A stretch of 64,000 bases of DNA from an uncultured Candidatus Rokubacteria bacterium (GTDB lineage: Bacteria; Methylomirabilota; Methylomirabilia; Rokubacteriales; CSP1-6), in NCBI GenBank assembly GCA_963758635.1, contig CAVWWD010000006.1, forward strand, positions 288,001 to 352,000, given 5' to 3'. Within the stretch, counting starts at the first letter, position 1, and the number at the start of each line of letters is the position of its first letter. Made by a program: the position numbers and the translations under genes. Positions 52,640 to 64,000 of the stretch are shown piece by piece. Under the pieces are notes generated by a model that saw only the letters and a program-made list of their open reading frames with translations, did no database searches and had not been told where the DNA came from.

Positions 52640-53332
52640 TCAGCGCGCGCGCGTCAGCGGCAGCCCGCACGCGGAGCCGAAGCGCTCGAGCGCGCGGAAG
52701 ACCCCGGCCGCGTCCGTGAAGCGGTTCACCCATCCGCTGGTCACGCAGTACCCGATGAGGTGCGGCGGCGCGTGATGGGTGGCGTGGTGGTCCGGCGCCA
52801 GGATGACGCCCCACGCCTGCAGGCGCGCCACGAGGGCGGGCACGTTCGGCGCGGCGTGCGCCCAGCGATGGAAGAGGTTGGTCAGCAGCGCCGCGCTCGC
52901 GAAGGTGACGAGGGCCGAGCCTACGAGCACGCCCGGCCACCCTGCCCCGCCCGGGCGCCACCACCACGCCGCCGCGAGCACCGGGGACAGGACGAGCGCG
53001 CTGTTGCCCATCAGCTCGAGCAGCCCGTGATGGGTCATGGCGAGCGGATCACGGTGATGCTCGCGGAACGGCTGGATGAGGACGGGCCCGATGACCGGCG
53101 ACTCCTCCTCGAAGAACGAGTCGCCGAACCAGTGGGCGAAGCCGGTGAAGAAGTCGGACACGAGGTAGCCGATGCCGATCCCGGCCACGAGCGCCGCGAA
53201 CTCCGCGGCGCCGGCGAGGTTCCGGCCGACGCGCACGGCGAGCGCGACGATCAGCCCGCTGGCGATGACGAGCGCCACCGCCTCTATCGCGACCTGGCCC
53301 CGCGGGCGTGCTCTCGAGACTCCCTGCGCCAT
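52640..53332 (-). CDS. CarF/TMEM189 (PEDS1)-family lipid desaturase
   Basis: DFFTGFAHWFGD, FREHHRDP, LFHRWAH, HHATHH and YCVTSGW, with transmembrane helices. Confidence 0.85.
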   Translation of the reverse strand: MAQGVSRARPRGQVAIEAVALVIASGLIVALAVRVGRNLAGAAEFAALVAGIGIGYLVSDFFTGFAHWFGDSFFEEESPVIGPVLIQPFREHHRDPLAMTHHGLLELMGNSALVLSPVLAAAWWWRPGGAGWPGVLVGSALVTFASAALLTNLFHRWAHAAPNVPALVARLQAWGVILAPDHHATHHAPPHLIGYCVTSGWVNRFTDAAGVFRALERFGSACGLPLTRAR

Positions 53333-53439
53333 GGCGACGGCAAGCGTCGGACAGACCCCTGGTCGCTGTCAATGGGCCCGACGCGACGACGACGACCCCG
53401 CGGGGGGGCCCTTCGACAACGGCTGAGCGGCGCCCCGTT

Positions 53440-54003
53440 TCATCGGCTCGCCCGCGTCATCAGCTCATTCGACGGCAGGCCGGGGTCGAGCACCTTGCGT
53501 GCGGTCTCGACGCCGGCCACGGGCAGGCGGCTCGCGTCGAGCAGGCCGAGCTGCACCAGCACCGAGGCCTGATCCCAGTAGATGTGCTCGTGGGCGAGCT
53601 TGCCGTCACGGAAGTGGACGATGGCGACCAGCGGGATCTCGACGCGCCTGCCCGTCGGGGGCACGCCGGGGAGCATCCAGTCCATCGGGATCGTGTGCGT
53701 GAACTTGAACACCATCTCGTCGACCACCCGGTCGGTGCCGATGGTGCGGGAGACCGGCGTCATCTCCGTGTCCGGCGGCATCTGGGGGATGAACCGGCTC
53801 GAGTAGAACTCCCGCAGCCGGTCGCGCCCGACGCCGCCGGTCAGGACCGGCACGTGGTTCACGTAGGCGTCCTCGACCATCGTGGCGAGCGTGGTCTCGG
53901 TGTCGCGCGTGGCGAACTCACAGCGCACATGCTCTTCCCAGAGATCGCGGAGCGTCGCCTGCGCGCGCGTCAGCTCCGCATCGGGGCCTCGTGGCTCGCT
54001 CAT
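53440..54003 (-). CDS. SnoaL-like ester cyclase / NTF2-fold protein
   Basis: LWEEHVRCEF, YVNHVPVLTGG, SRTIG..VVDE and HEHIYWDQASVL. Confidence 0.88.
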   Translation of the reverse strand: MSEPRGPDAELTRAQATLRDLWEEHVRCEFATRDTETTLATMVEDAYVNHVPVLTGGVGRDRLREFYSSRFIPQMPPDTEMTPVSRTIGTDRVVDEMVFKFTHTIPMDWMLPGVPPTGRRVEIPLVAIVHFRDGKLAHEHIYWDQASVLVQLGLLDASRLPVAGVETARKVLDPGLPSNELMTRASR

Positions 54004-54138
54004 GGCTTCCTCCTCCCTGGACGGGCAGACGACGCCACGGTATCATTCCGAGGGGCGGCGGGCCATTGACGGCGGCCCGCCGTGGTTGCTAGTGTCCGCC
54101 CCGGCGACCGTCGCTGGCCCCGGCGCGCGCCCCCTTCG

Positions 54139-56291
54139 ATGAACTGCTCCCTCGGCATCGACATCGGCGGCACCTTCACCGACCTCGTCGTCTACGACCA
54201 CGACGCGGGCCGGCAGTGGAGCCGGAAGGTGCTCACCACCCACGACGACCCCGCCCGCGCGGTGGCCGCCGGCGTGGCGGCGATCCTCGCCGCCGAGCGC
54301 CTGCCCGCCTCGCGCTTCACGCGCGTCGTGCACGCCACCACGCTCTTCACCAACGCGCTGATCGAGCGCAAGGGCGCGCCCACCGGGCTCATCACCACCG
54401 CGGGCTTCCGCGACACGCTCGAGATCGGCCGCGAGCGGAAGTTCGAGCTCTACGACGTCAACATCGCGCGACCCGAGCCGCTGGTCCCCCGTCACCTGCG
54501 CCTCGAGGTGACCGAACGCGATCAAGGCGGACGGGAGCGTCAGAGATCCGCTCGACGTGGCGGAGGTGCTGGCGCGGGCCGGCGAGCTCGTCCGCGCCGG
54601 CGTCGCGTCCATCGCGGTGGTGTTCCTCCACGCCTACGCGAACCCCGCGCACGAGGCGGAGGCCGCGCGCGTGATCACCGCGGCGCATCCCGGCGTGGCG
54701 GTCACCGCGTCGCACGAGGTGGCGGCGGAGATCCGCGAGTACGAGCGCACCTCCACCGCGGTGGCCAACGCGTTCATCCAGCCGCTGGCCCATCGCTATC
54801 TGGAGCTGATGGCCGCTCAGGTGGCCGCGCAGGGCATCGCCGCGCCGCTCCTGCTCATGCTGTCGAGCGGCGGGCTCACCCACGTGGCCGAGGCCCGGCG
54901 CGCGCCGGTGCGCATGCTCGAGTCGGGGCCGGCGGCGGGCGCGCTCGCCGCCGCCTTCTTCGGCCGCGAGGACGCGGGCGGGGACCTCCTCGCCTTCGAC
55001 ATGGGAGGCACCACCGCCAAGCTCTCGCTGGTGGAGGGCGGCGAGCCGCTCGTCGCCCAGAGCTTCGAGGCGGCGCGGCAGAAGCGGTTCGTGGAGGGCA
55101 GCGGCTTCCCGATCCGCGATCTCCACCGTCGAGCTGATCGAGATCGGCGCGGGCGGCGGCAGCATCGCGCGGATCGACGAGATCGGTCTCCTCAAGGTGG
55201 GGCCGCAGAGCGCGGGCTCGCAGCCGGGGCCGGTGAGCTACGGCCTGGGCGGCGCCGAGCCCACCGTGACCGACGCGGACTTCGTGCTCGGCTACCTCGA
55301 TCCCGGCTACTTCGCGGGCGGCACGATGACGATCGACATGGACGGGGCAAGGGCCGCGCTGGACCGCGTGGCGCGCCAGGCCGACCTCACGCGCGACCAG
55401 CTCGCCTGGGGCATCCACGACGTGGTCAACGAGAGCATGGCGAGCGCGGCGCGCGTGCACATCGCCGAGCGCGGGCGCGACCCGCGCGGCTACGCGCTCC
55501 TCTGCACGGGCGGCGCGGGGCCGGTGCACGCCCACGGCGTGGCCCGGAAGCTCGGCCTCTCCCGCGTGATCTGCCCGCCCTCGGCGGGCGTCGCCTCCGC
55601 GCTCGGGCTCCTCGTCGCGCCCGCGCGCGTCGATCGCGTGGCCACCGTGGGCATCCGGCTCGACCGCGACGATCCCGCCGTCCTCGAGGCCGCGTTCCGC
55701 CGGCTGGAGGACGAGGCGCGCGCCGTGCTCGCGGACTCCGGGCTCAAGCTCGAGACGGCCACCTGGCAGCGGCTGGCCGACGGCCGGTTCCTCGGCCAGG
55801 GCTTCGACCTGGTGGTGCCGCTCCCCGACGGCCCGTACGAGGGCGCGGGGGCGCGGCGCGCGCTCACCGCCGCCTTCGAGGCGGCGTATCGCGAGAAGTT
55901 CGAGCTGACGCCGCCCGACGTGCCGGTGGAATTCATCAACATCCGCGTGGCCGGGCGGGCCCCGGTGTCGGGCAGCGAGGTGGCGCAGCGGGCGGGCGGC
56001 GCGCGGGAGCCCGGCGACGCCGTGAAGGGGCGACGGCGCGCGTACTTCCCCGAGGCGGGCGGCTTCGTCGAGGCGACGGTGTACGACCGCTCGCGGCTCG
56101 GGGTGGGGCAGTCGTTCACGGGGCCCGCGGTGGTCGAGGAGGAAGGCTCGACGCTGGTCGTGGGCCCGGGCGCGCGCGCGACGGTGGCGCCGAGCGGCAA
56201 CCTGATCGTGGACCTGAGTGGAGCAGCGTCGCGTGAGGACGTGCGACGCCCCTCACCCCGCCCTCCGGGAGGGGACGCTCGGGACGCGTGA
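54139..56291 (+). CDS. Hydantoinase/oxoprolinase subunit A, split by indels
   Basis: GIDIGGTFTD, EYERTST, ESGPAAG, DMGGTT, IGAGGGS and PTVTDA. Confidence 0.92.
56247..56275 (+). repeat. Degenerate family A REP-like element
   Basis: CGCCCCTCACCCCGCCCTCC..GGAGGGGA at the junction of subunits A and B. Confidence 0.55.
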
Positions 56292-57895
56292 ACCTCGACG
56301 CGGTAACGCTGGAGGTGCTCTGGACCCGGCTCATCTCGATCGTCGACGAGGCGGCGAAGGCCATCGTGCGCACGTCCTTCTCCACGCTCAGCAACGAGGC
56401 CAACGACTTCGCGTGCGTGCTCACCGACGCGCGGGGCGCCGCGCTCGCGCAGAACACCGGCAGCATCCCGTCGTTCATCGCCACGCTGCCCGCCACCGTC
56501 CGCCACTTCCTCGCCGGGATGGGCGCCGGCGGGATGCGGCCGGGCGACGTGCTCATCACCAACAACCCGTGGATGGGCACCGGGCACCTCTCCGACGTCT
56601 GCGTGCTCAAGCCGATCTTCCACGCCGGGCGCCTCGTCGCCTTCTCCGCCACCACCTCGCACATGCCCGACATCGGCGGGCGCGTGCGGGCCATCGAGGC
56701 GCGCGAGGTGTTCGAGGAAGGCTTCCACATCCCGCTGTCGAAGCTGGTGCGCGAGGGACGGACCGACGACACGCTCGTGTCGCTCCTGCGCGCCAACGTG
56801 CGGACGCCCGATCAGACCCTGGGCGACATCTGGGCGCAGGTGGGCGCCAACGGCCTGATGGAGCGGCGCGTGCTCGGGCTGCTGGACGACTACCGCCTCG
56901 ACGGGCTCGCCGACCTGGCCGGCGAGCTGTTCGGCCGCACGGAGCGCGCGATGCGCGCGGCCATCCGCGCCGTGCCCGACGGCACGTACCGCTACGCGCT
57001 CCGCACCGACGGGGTCGACGAGCCGTACGAGTTCCGGTTCGCTCTCACCGTGGCGGGCGACGAGATCGTGGCCGACTACGCGGGGACGTCCCCCGCCCAG
57101 CCGCGCGCCATCAACTGCGTGCTCGCGTACACCTACGCGATGACGGCCTACGCCGTGCGCTGCGCGCTCTTGCCCACCTTGCCGAACAACGAGGGCATGT
57201 ACCGGCCGGTGCGGGTCGAGGCGCCGGAGGGCTGCCTCCTGAACCCGCGGTTCCCCGCCGCGGTGGTGAGCCGCTCGAACACCGGGCACTACGTGCCGGT
57301 GGTCGTGTTCGGCGCGCTCCATCAGGTGATCCCCGAGCGCGTGATGGCGGGGGCGGGCTCGCCGCTCTGGGCCGTCACCCAGTCCGGCGTGCGCGCGGAT
57401 CATCGGCCGTACACCAACGTGCTCTTCTTCAACGGCGGCATGGGCGCCACCCCGGTGAAGGACGGCGAGAGCGCGACGTCGTGGCCGAGCAACATCTCGT
57501 CCACGCCGGTGGAGGTGGCGGAGCGGAACAGCCCGCTCTTCTTCCACGCCAAGCGCCTGCGCGCCGGCTCGGGCGGAGCGGGACGGTTTCGCGGCGGCCT
57601 CGGCCAGGACATCCTGATGGAGTCGGAATCCGACACGCCGATCCTGCTGAGCTTCATGGCCGAGCGCACGAAGTTCGCCGCGCCGGGGTTCGCGGGCGGC
57701 GACGACGGCGGCCTCGGCGACGTGCGCATCAACGACGTGCCGATCAACCATCGCGCGCAGCACCTGATCAAGAAGGGCGACCGCGTCCTCATCAGCACGC
57801 CCGGCGGCGGCGGCTACGGCCCGCCCTCGGAGCGCCCGGCGCCGCAGGTCGACCTCGACCACGCGCTCGGCTACACGCCCCGCCCCACGCAGTAG
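56288..57895 (+). CDS. Hydantoinase B/oxoprolinase subunit
   Basis: RTSFS, PGDVLITNNPWMGTGHLSD, HMPDIGG, GGAGRFRGG and TPGGGGYG. Confidence 0.93.
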   Translation: MNLDAVTLEVLWTRLISIVDEAAKAIVRTSFSTLSNEANDFACVLTDARGAALAQNTGSIPSFIATLPATVRHFLAGMGAGGMRPGDVLITNNPWMGTGHLSDVCVLKPIFHAGRLVAFSATTSHMPDIGGRVRAIEAREVFEEGFHIPLSKLVREGRTDDTLVSLLRANVRTPDQTLGDIWAQVGANGLMERRVLGLLDDYRLDGLADLAGELFGRTERAMRAAIRAVPDGTYRYALRTDGVDEPYEFRFALTVAGDEIVADYAGTSPAQPRAINCVLAYTYAMTAYAVRCALLPTLPNNEGMYRPVRVEAPEGCLLNPRFPAAVVSRSNTGHYVPVVVFGALHQVIPERVMAGAGSPLWAVTQSGVRADHRPYTNVLFFNGGMGATPVKDGESATSWPSNISSTPVEVAERNSPLFFHAKRLRAGSGGAGRFRGGLGQDILMESESDTPILLSFMAERTKFAAPGFAGGDDGGLGDVRINDVPINHRAQHLIKKGDRVLISTPGGGGYGPPSERPAPQVDLDHALGYTPRPTQ

Positions 57896-57979
57896 CCGTC
57901 CACTTCGAGACCGCCGAACCGGGCCACCCGGCCGAGCAGGCGGACCGGCCGGGGCAGGCTCATGCCGCGGGCGGCCGCG

Positions 57980-58996
57980 CTACAGGCCGAGCAGCTTCTC
58001 GACGTTCCGCCAGAGGATGCGCTCCTTCTCGTCCGCGCTGAGGCTCCGGAGGCCCTTGATCCATCCCGACGGCGAGGGATCCCATCCGACGAACGGCCAG
58101 TCGCTGCCGAGCACGATGCGGTCGATGCCCACGGCGTCGATCAGGAAGCGGAGCGCAGGCTCGCTGCCCACCACGGTGTCGTACCAGAGCTGCGACTGGT
58201 ACGAGCTGGGCGGACGGCTGATGTGCTCCCGCGCCTCGGCGCGGACCTGCCAGCCATGGTCGAGACGGCCCATGCCGAAGCACGCGGGGCCGCCGCCGTG
58301 CGCCACGCACACCTTGAGGTCCGGGCAGGCCTCGAGGATGCCGCCGTGGATGAGGATGGCGACGACGATCGCGTCCTCCACGATGACGCCGATGCTGTTG
58401 TTCAGCCCGTACTTCTCGGTGCGCGAGAGCATGAAGTTGTGCTGCGGCTGCGGGTGGAAGAAGAGGACGGCGCCCATCGCCTCGGCGGCCTTGAACAGCG
58501 GGAGGAACCGCGGCTCGTCCCAGTTGTCGCCGTTGACGAGCGTGTCCAGCTCGGCGCCCTTGAGGCCGAGCACGTGGACGGCGCGGTCGAGCTCGTCGAT
58601 GGCCGCGCCAACGTCCTGCACGGGCAGCGTGGCGAGCCCCGCGAAGCGCTCGGGCCACTGCCGCGTCATGGCCGCGATCTCGTCGTTCACGTCGCGCGCG
58701 AGCTGGCGGCCCTGCGCCGCGTCCAGGTGATAGCCCACGAGCGGCATGTGGATCGACACGACCTGCACGTCGGTCCCTTGCGCGTCCATGTCGCGCAGGC
58801 GCTCCTCGGGCGTGAAGCGGACCTTGGGCGAGGTGAGCCGGCTCCGCTTGCCGCCCGCGACGATCGTGCCGCCGCCGTCGCCGGGCTCGAGGCGCACGCC
58901 GTACCAGTCGCGGCCGGCATCGACGGCGCGCCACAGGCACTGCGGCATCAGGTGAGCGTGGATGTCGATGCTCCGCATGGGCGTTCTCCGTTCCAT
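57980..58996 (-). CDS. Amidohydrolase_2 (ACMSD-like decarboxylase/hydratase)
   Basis: IDIHAH, FFHP, AHGGG and LGSDWPF. Confidence 0.9.
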   Translation of the reverse strand: MERRTPMRSIDIHAHLMPQCLWRAVDAGRDWYGVRLEPGDGGGTIVAGGKRSRLTSPKVRFTPEERLRDMDAQGTDVQVVSIHMPLVGYHLDAAQGRQLARDVNDEIAAMTRQWPERFAGLATLPVQDVGAAIDELDRAVHVLGLKGAELDTLVNGDNWDEPRFLPLFKAAEAMGAVLFFHPQPQHNFMLSRTEKYGLNNSIGVIVEDAIVVAILIHGGILEACPDLKVCVAHGGGPACFGMGRLDHGWQVRAEAREHISRPPSSYQSQLWYDTVVGSEPALRFLIDAVGIDRIVLGSDWPFVGWDPSPSGWIKGLRSLSADEKERILWRNVEKLLGL

Positions 58997-59159
58997 GAGC
59001 CGTCGGGGCGCCTGCGCCGAGCCTCCGGCGCCCGACGGGCGGGCAGGTCAACCCGGCGACGTGCTGGGTTCCCGCCCAGCATCGCCGAAATCCGCGGCGA
59101 TCACCAGCGTACAATCGCCGCGTGGCGCACCGGCTCTCCCGCCTCGCCGCCGTCCGCCG

Positions 59160-60200
59160 GTGACCGACGCGCTGGCCGCGCGCTTCCGGCGGTTCGCGGA
59201 CTCGGAGTGCCGCGGCTCGTCGCCGCTCTACGAGCGCCTCGCGCGGTCCGTCGCCGGCGACGCGGAGATGCTCGCGCTCGCCGCCGAGGCGCCGCCCGGG
59301 CAGCCCACGCCGAACCTGTTCTTCGCCGCCGTCCACTTCCTCCTGCTCGGCGCGGCCGGCGCGCCGCTCGCGCTCTTCTACCCGAGCCTCACGGAGACGG
59401 CGGCGGCGCCCGACGGCGCGTATCCCGCGTTCCGGGAGTTCTGCCGCGACCACGCCGCCGCCGTGCGACGCCTCCTCGCCACGCGCCGCGTGCAAACCAA
59501 CGAGGTCGGGCGCTGCGCGTACCTCTTCCCCGCGTTCGTCACGGTGGCGCGGGAGGCGGGCGACGCGCCGCTCGCCCTCCTCGAGATCGGGACCAGCGCC
59601 GGGCTGAACCTGATGTGGGATCGCTACGGCTACCGCTACGGCGATGGCGTGAGCTACGGCGATCCTCGCTCCCCGGTGCAGCTCGCGTGCGAGCTCCGCG
59701 GCGCGGATCGGCCGCCGCTCCCCCGCGTGATGCCGCGGGTGGGCCTGGCGGTGGGCGTGGACCTCGCGGTGCCGGACCTCGACGATCCGGACGACGCGGG
59801 ATGGCTCGTCGCGCTCGTGTGGCCCGAGCACCACGAGCGCCGGGCCGCGCTCCGCGGCGCCATCGAGATCGCGCGCGCGGCGCGCCCGCGCCTCGTCGCC
59901 GGCGACGGCCTCGCGCGGCTTCCAGACCTGCTCGACGCGGTGCCCGCGGGCATGACGGCATGCGTCTTCCACACGCACACCATCAACCAGTTCACCGCCG
60001 AGGCCCGCGAGCGCCTGTCCGCGTTGCTCGCCGCGCACGGGGCCCGGCGAGACCTCCACCGTGTCTCCGCGGAGTGGCTCGCCGGGCCCGACCCGCGCCT
60101 CGAGCTCGTCTCGTGGCGAGCCGGACGCGCGTCGCACCGCGTGCTCGGCTCGTGCCATCCCCACGGCCGCTGGCTGCGCTGGGAGGATCGGCCCTCGTAG
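59160..60200 (+). CDS. DUF2332-like protein
   Basis: SPLYERL, VQTNEVGR, LEIGTSAGLNL.WD, WPE and CHPHGRWL. Confidence 0.8.
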   Translation: MTDALAARFRRFADSECRGSSPLYERLARSVAGDAEMLALAAEAPPGQPTPNLFFAAVHFLLLGAAGAPLALFYPSLTETAAAPDGAYPAFREFCRDHAAAVRRLLATRRVQTNEVGRCAYLFPAFVTVAREAGDAPLALLEIGTSAGLNLMWDRYGYRYGDGVSYGDPRSPVQLACELRGADRPPLPRVMPRVGLAVGVDLAVPDLDDPDDAGWLVALVWPEHHERRAALRGAIEIARAARPRLVAGDGLARLPDLLDAVPAGMTACVFHTHTINQFTAEARERLSALLAAHGARRDLHRVSAEWLAGPDPRLELVSWRAGRASHRVLGSCHPHGRWLRWEDRPS

Positions 60201-60411
60201 CCTGCGGCGTCCGTCCGTCCGAGCGTCACTGCGCGGACGGAACCGAGAGCCGCGCCGGACAGCCCCTGGAACCGTTGCACGGCAAGAATTTCATTCGCGT
60301 GTCCTTCTAGGAGGATCTCCGATGCCCACCCGCGGCGGCCCGGCGGAGCCAGGGCGGCGCAACTCTCCGTGGCGCGTGCCTTCGGAGACCGCCACGGTCT
60401 CGCGCGCCCCC

Positions 60412-60427
60412 CGGCATCGGCCTTGCA
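60412..60427 (+). promoter_or_regulatory. Sigma-54 (-24/-12) promoter
   Basis: CGGCATCGGCCTTGCA gives GG-N10-GC with a TTGCA -12 box, upstream of the regulator gene. Confidence 0.65.
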
Positions 60428-60481
60428 GCCCCACCAGCGCAGGGCCACCTGCGGCCTCCCGTTGAACACTGGAGGCATCAC

Positions 60482-61837
<1,356 letters not shown>

Positions 61838-62025
61838 CACGCCTGATACGCCGCGGCCGCGGTGACGCCTGAGCGGGGCGACCGCGGTCGCGTGCAGGGC
61901 GACCGATTTGACCCGGTCGGCCTGACGCGACCGGGCCGCCGCACCCCATCCCCTCGTCGCCCGGCCCGCGCCCCGAACCGCCCGATCGCGCGGGCGTTTC
62001 CGCGCGGCACGCGCCGCCTCCGGCC

Positions 62026-62040
62026 TGGCACGGTCGATGC
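62026..62040 (+). promoter_or_regulatory. Sigma-54 (-24/-12) promoter
   Basis: TGGCACGGTCGATGC gives GG-N10-GC, upstream of the AGGAGG ribosome-binding site at 62103. Confidence 0.7.
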
Positions 62041-62145
62041 GGTCGACAGTCCTGAGCGAGCCGGGGCGCGCTCGGCGCCCCCGGATGCGCGAATTCGAAC
62101 CCAGGAGGTATCGATGCGCTACGACATCGTCGGGGAGACGCGATC

Positions 62146-62472
62146 ATGAGCGCCTTGTCCGGGCTCGCCACCGGCGTCGCCCATGCGATCAGTGAGGGCG
62201 CCACGCCGCTGGCCAAGCCACGCGAGCGCGAGGCGCCCCGTACGCTGGAACACCGGTGCGACGTGTGCGGCAACCACTACGACTCGCCCCTCGAGATCCG
62301 CGTGCGGGGCATATCGGGAACCTACGACTGCTTCGAGTGCGCGATCCAGGCCCTGGCGCCGACGTGCGCGCACTGCGGCTGTCGAGTCATCGGGCACGGC
62401 GTGGAGGACGGCAGCGCGATCTTCTGCTGCGCGCACTGCGCGCGGGCAACCAACGGTCACGCCGCGAAGTGA
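62146..62472 (+). CDS. Small Cys-rich, metallothionein-like protein; start may be 62114
   Basis: Ten cysteines in CDVC, CFEC, CAHCGC and CCAHC. Confidence 0.8.
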   Translation: MSALSGLATGVAHAISEGATPLAKPREREAPRTLEHRCDVCGNHYDSPLEIRVRGISGTYDCFECAIQALAPTCAHCGCRVIGHGVEDGSAIFCCAHCARATNGHAAK

Positions 62473-62535
62473 CGGAACGCGCGGGCGGTCGCGCAGGCCG
62501 GGGCCAGCTCGACCGCCCGCGTCGCCCCCGGTCGG

Positions 62536-63753
62536 TCAGGTGCCGCCCGCCGCCTTCCGGGCCGCCACCGCGGCGTCGGCCTTGACGAAATGGGCGTCGG
62601 TCAGGCCGTAGAGGTGCGCCCCGCCCATGAAGATGTGCGCGGCGATCTCGCGCGGCACGTTCTTGAGCAGGTTCTCCGACACGTGGGGGAAGTTCGAGTC
62701 GAAGTGCGGGTAGTCGGTCGACACGCACATGCGGTCGGCGCCGATGAGCCCGGCCGTGGCCTCGATCTCCGGCTCGCTCCCCTCCACCGCCGCCCAGCAG
62801 TTGCGCCGGAAGTACTCGCGCGGGGTCAACGACAGGTAGGGCGCGTGCGAGTCGCGGTACTGGGGATAGTCCCACTCGATCCGCGACAGGAGCCCGGGCA
62901 CCCACGAGTTCTGCGCCTCGAGGAAGCCGACGCGGAGCTTCGGGTGGAACTCGAACACGCCGCCGATGATCATGGCGATCATCGCCTGCTGCATCTCGAT
63001 CCAGTGGCTGGCCACGTGACGGTAGAAGCGGTTCTCGCCGTACAGCTCGATCATGCGCGAGTACGGCGCGCTCACCCCTTCGTGGAATCCCCACGTCACG
63101 TTCAGGTCCTCGTGGACGGTGTAGAGCGGGTCCCAGTAGTTGGAGTGCCAGTACCGGCCGTTCACGAGGTTGGGTCGGATGAACGAGCCGACGGCGCCCA
63201 GCTCCCGCACGCACCGCACCAGCTCGCGGCAGGCGAGGTGCACGTCGTGCACGGGCAGCATGGCCACCCACTTCAGCTGATCCGGGCTGTGGCTGCAGAA
63301 CTCGTGGATCCAGTTGTTGTAGGCCTGGCAGATGGCGAGGGACAGGCGCGGGTCCATGTTGTTGCGGGCGAGGAGCGCGAGGCCGGCGGTGGGATAGTTG
63401 ACCGCGATGTCCACGCCCTCCATCGCCATGCCCATCACCTGGGCCTCGGCGTCGTAGTCGCGCGTGATCGCGAAGTCCAGCCGCCCGGTGTCGAAGATCC
63501 GCGAGCCGGACAGGAGCTGGGTGCTCTGGCTCGAGGCGGGACGCACGCGCTTCCGGTACTGCTGGAGATCCATGTCGGAGGTGGGCTCGTCGTCGATGAC
63601 GATCAGCCCCGACGGCCCCCGGTTGGGCTTGCCGTCCGCCCCCACCGGCACGATCACGCGGTGCTTGAAGGCCGGATCCAGGTAGCGATCGAAGAGATCG
63701 GGCGGCTCCATGATGTGCATGTCGGAGTCGACGAACCGGAGCCCATCCTTCAT
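62536..63753 (-). CDS. Amidohydrolase_2 family protein
   Basis: VDSDMH, WGFHE, FLEA and STDYPHFD. Confidence 0.92.
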   Translation of the reverse strand: MKDGLRFVDSDMHIMEPPDLFDRYLDPAFKHRVIVPVGADGKPNRGPSGLIVIDDEPTSDMDLQQYRKRVRPASSQSTQLLSGSRIFDTGRLDFAITRDYDAEAQVMGMAMEGVDIAVNYPTAGLALLARNNMDPRLSLAICQAYNNWIHEFCSHSPDQLKWVAMLPVHDVHLACRELVRCVRELGAVGSFIRPNLVNGRYWHSNYWDPLYTVHEDLNVTWGFHEGVSAPYSRMIELYGENRFYRHVASHWIEMQQAMIAMIIGGVFEFHPKLRVGFLEAQNSWVPGLLSRIEWDYPQYRDSHAPYLSLTPREYFRRNCWAAVEGSEPEIEATAGLIGADRMCVSTDYPHFDSNFPHVSENLLKNVPREIAAHIFMGGAHLYGLTDAHFVKADAAVAARKAAGGT

Positions 63754-63805
63754 GACGTCCTCCTCGAGCTGACTCGGTCGGTGCGCTTCGGGGCCCCCGC
63801 GCGGC

Positions 63806-64000
63806 TCAACTGGGAATACCGGCGGTGACCGTGATCTCCACCAGGAGCTCGGGCGAGTTGAGCATGGCCGACACGGTGGTCCGCGCCGGCTTCGACGTGG
63901 GGAAGTAGCGCGCGTACTCCTCGTTGTAGGCGGCGAGGTCCTCGCGCTTGGTCAGGTGCGTGGTCACCGTGAGCACGTTGTCGAGCGACGTGCCCGCCGC
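63806..64000 (-). CDS. RidA/YjgF family protein, 3' part
   Basis: AGTSLDNVLTVTTHL..YNEEYARYF..PARTTV..LVEI, with the stop at 63806. Confidence 0.85.
   Translation of the reverse strand, partial: AAGTSLDNVLTVTTHLTKREDLAAYNEEYARYFPTSKPARTTVSAMLNSPELLVEITVTAGIPS

Overview
This is a 64 kb chromosomal segment of a very GC-rich diderm bacterium (about 70% or more, judged by eye). Several traits suggest Candidatus Rokubacteria (Methylomirabilota) or a relative: five amidohydrolases, two family-5 ABC binding proteins, LLM oxidoreductases, dapL and GGGGTCAGGTCTTG-type repeats. That placement is inference only. Many genes carry single-base indels typical of unpolished long reads, so most frameshifts are treated as sequencing artefacts and some gene ends are approximate. 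In order, the window holds: an MNT-HEPN toxin-antitoxin pair between two copies of a 330 bp duplication; an alpha-carbonic anhydrase; a type I restriction-modification locus (hsdM-hsdS-fic-hsdR) with a phased repeat array in front of hsdR; a REP-flanked membrane protein + GTPase pair (DUF2868/DUF3482-like); a peptide ABC transporter; cysteine synthase + lactonase; a TonB iron-uptake operon with a DtxR/IdeR-like box; a YcaQ-like glycosylase; vapBC; ilvD; dapL; a TauD/Frc-like catabolic operon; a STAND-type adenylate cyclase; a CarF-like desaturase; hydantoinase A/B; and an NtrC-like regulator plus metallothionein-like gene, each with a sigma-54 promoter. No rRNA, tRNA, CRISPR array, integrase or transposase was recognised. 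The best candidates for an undescribed system are the Fic-HTH/repeat-array module inside the RM locus and the adjacent membrane-GTPase cassette.
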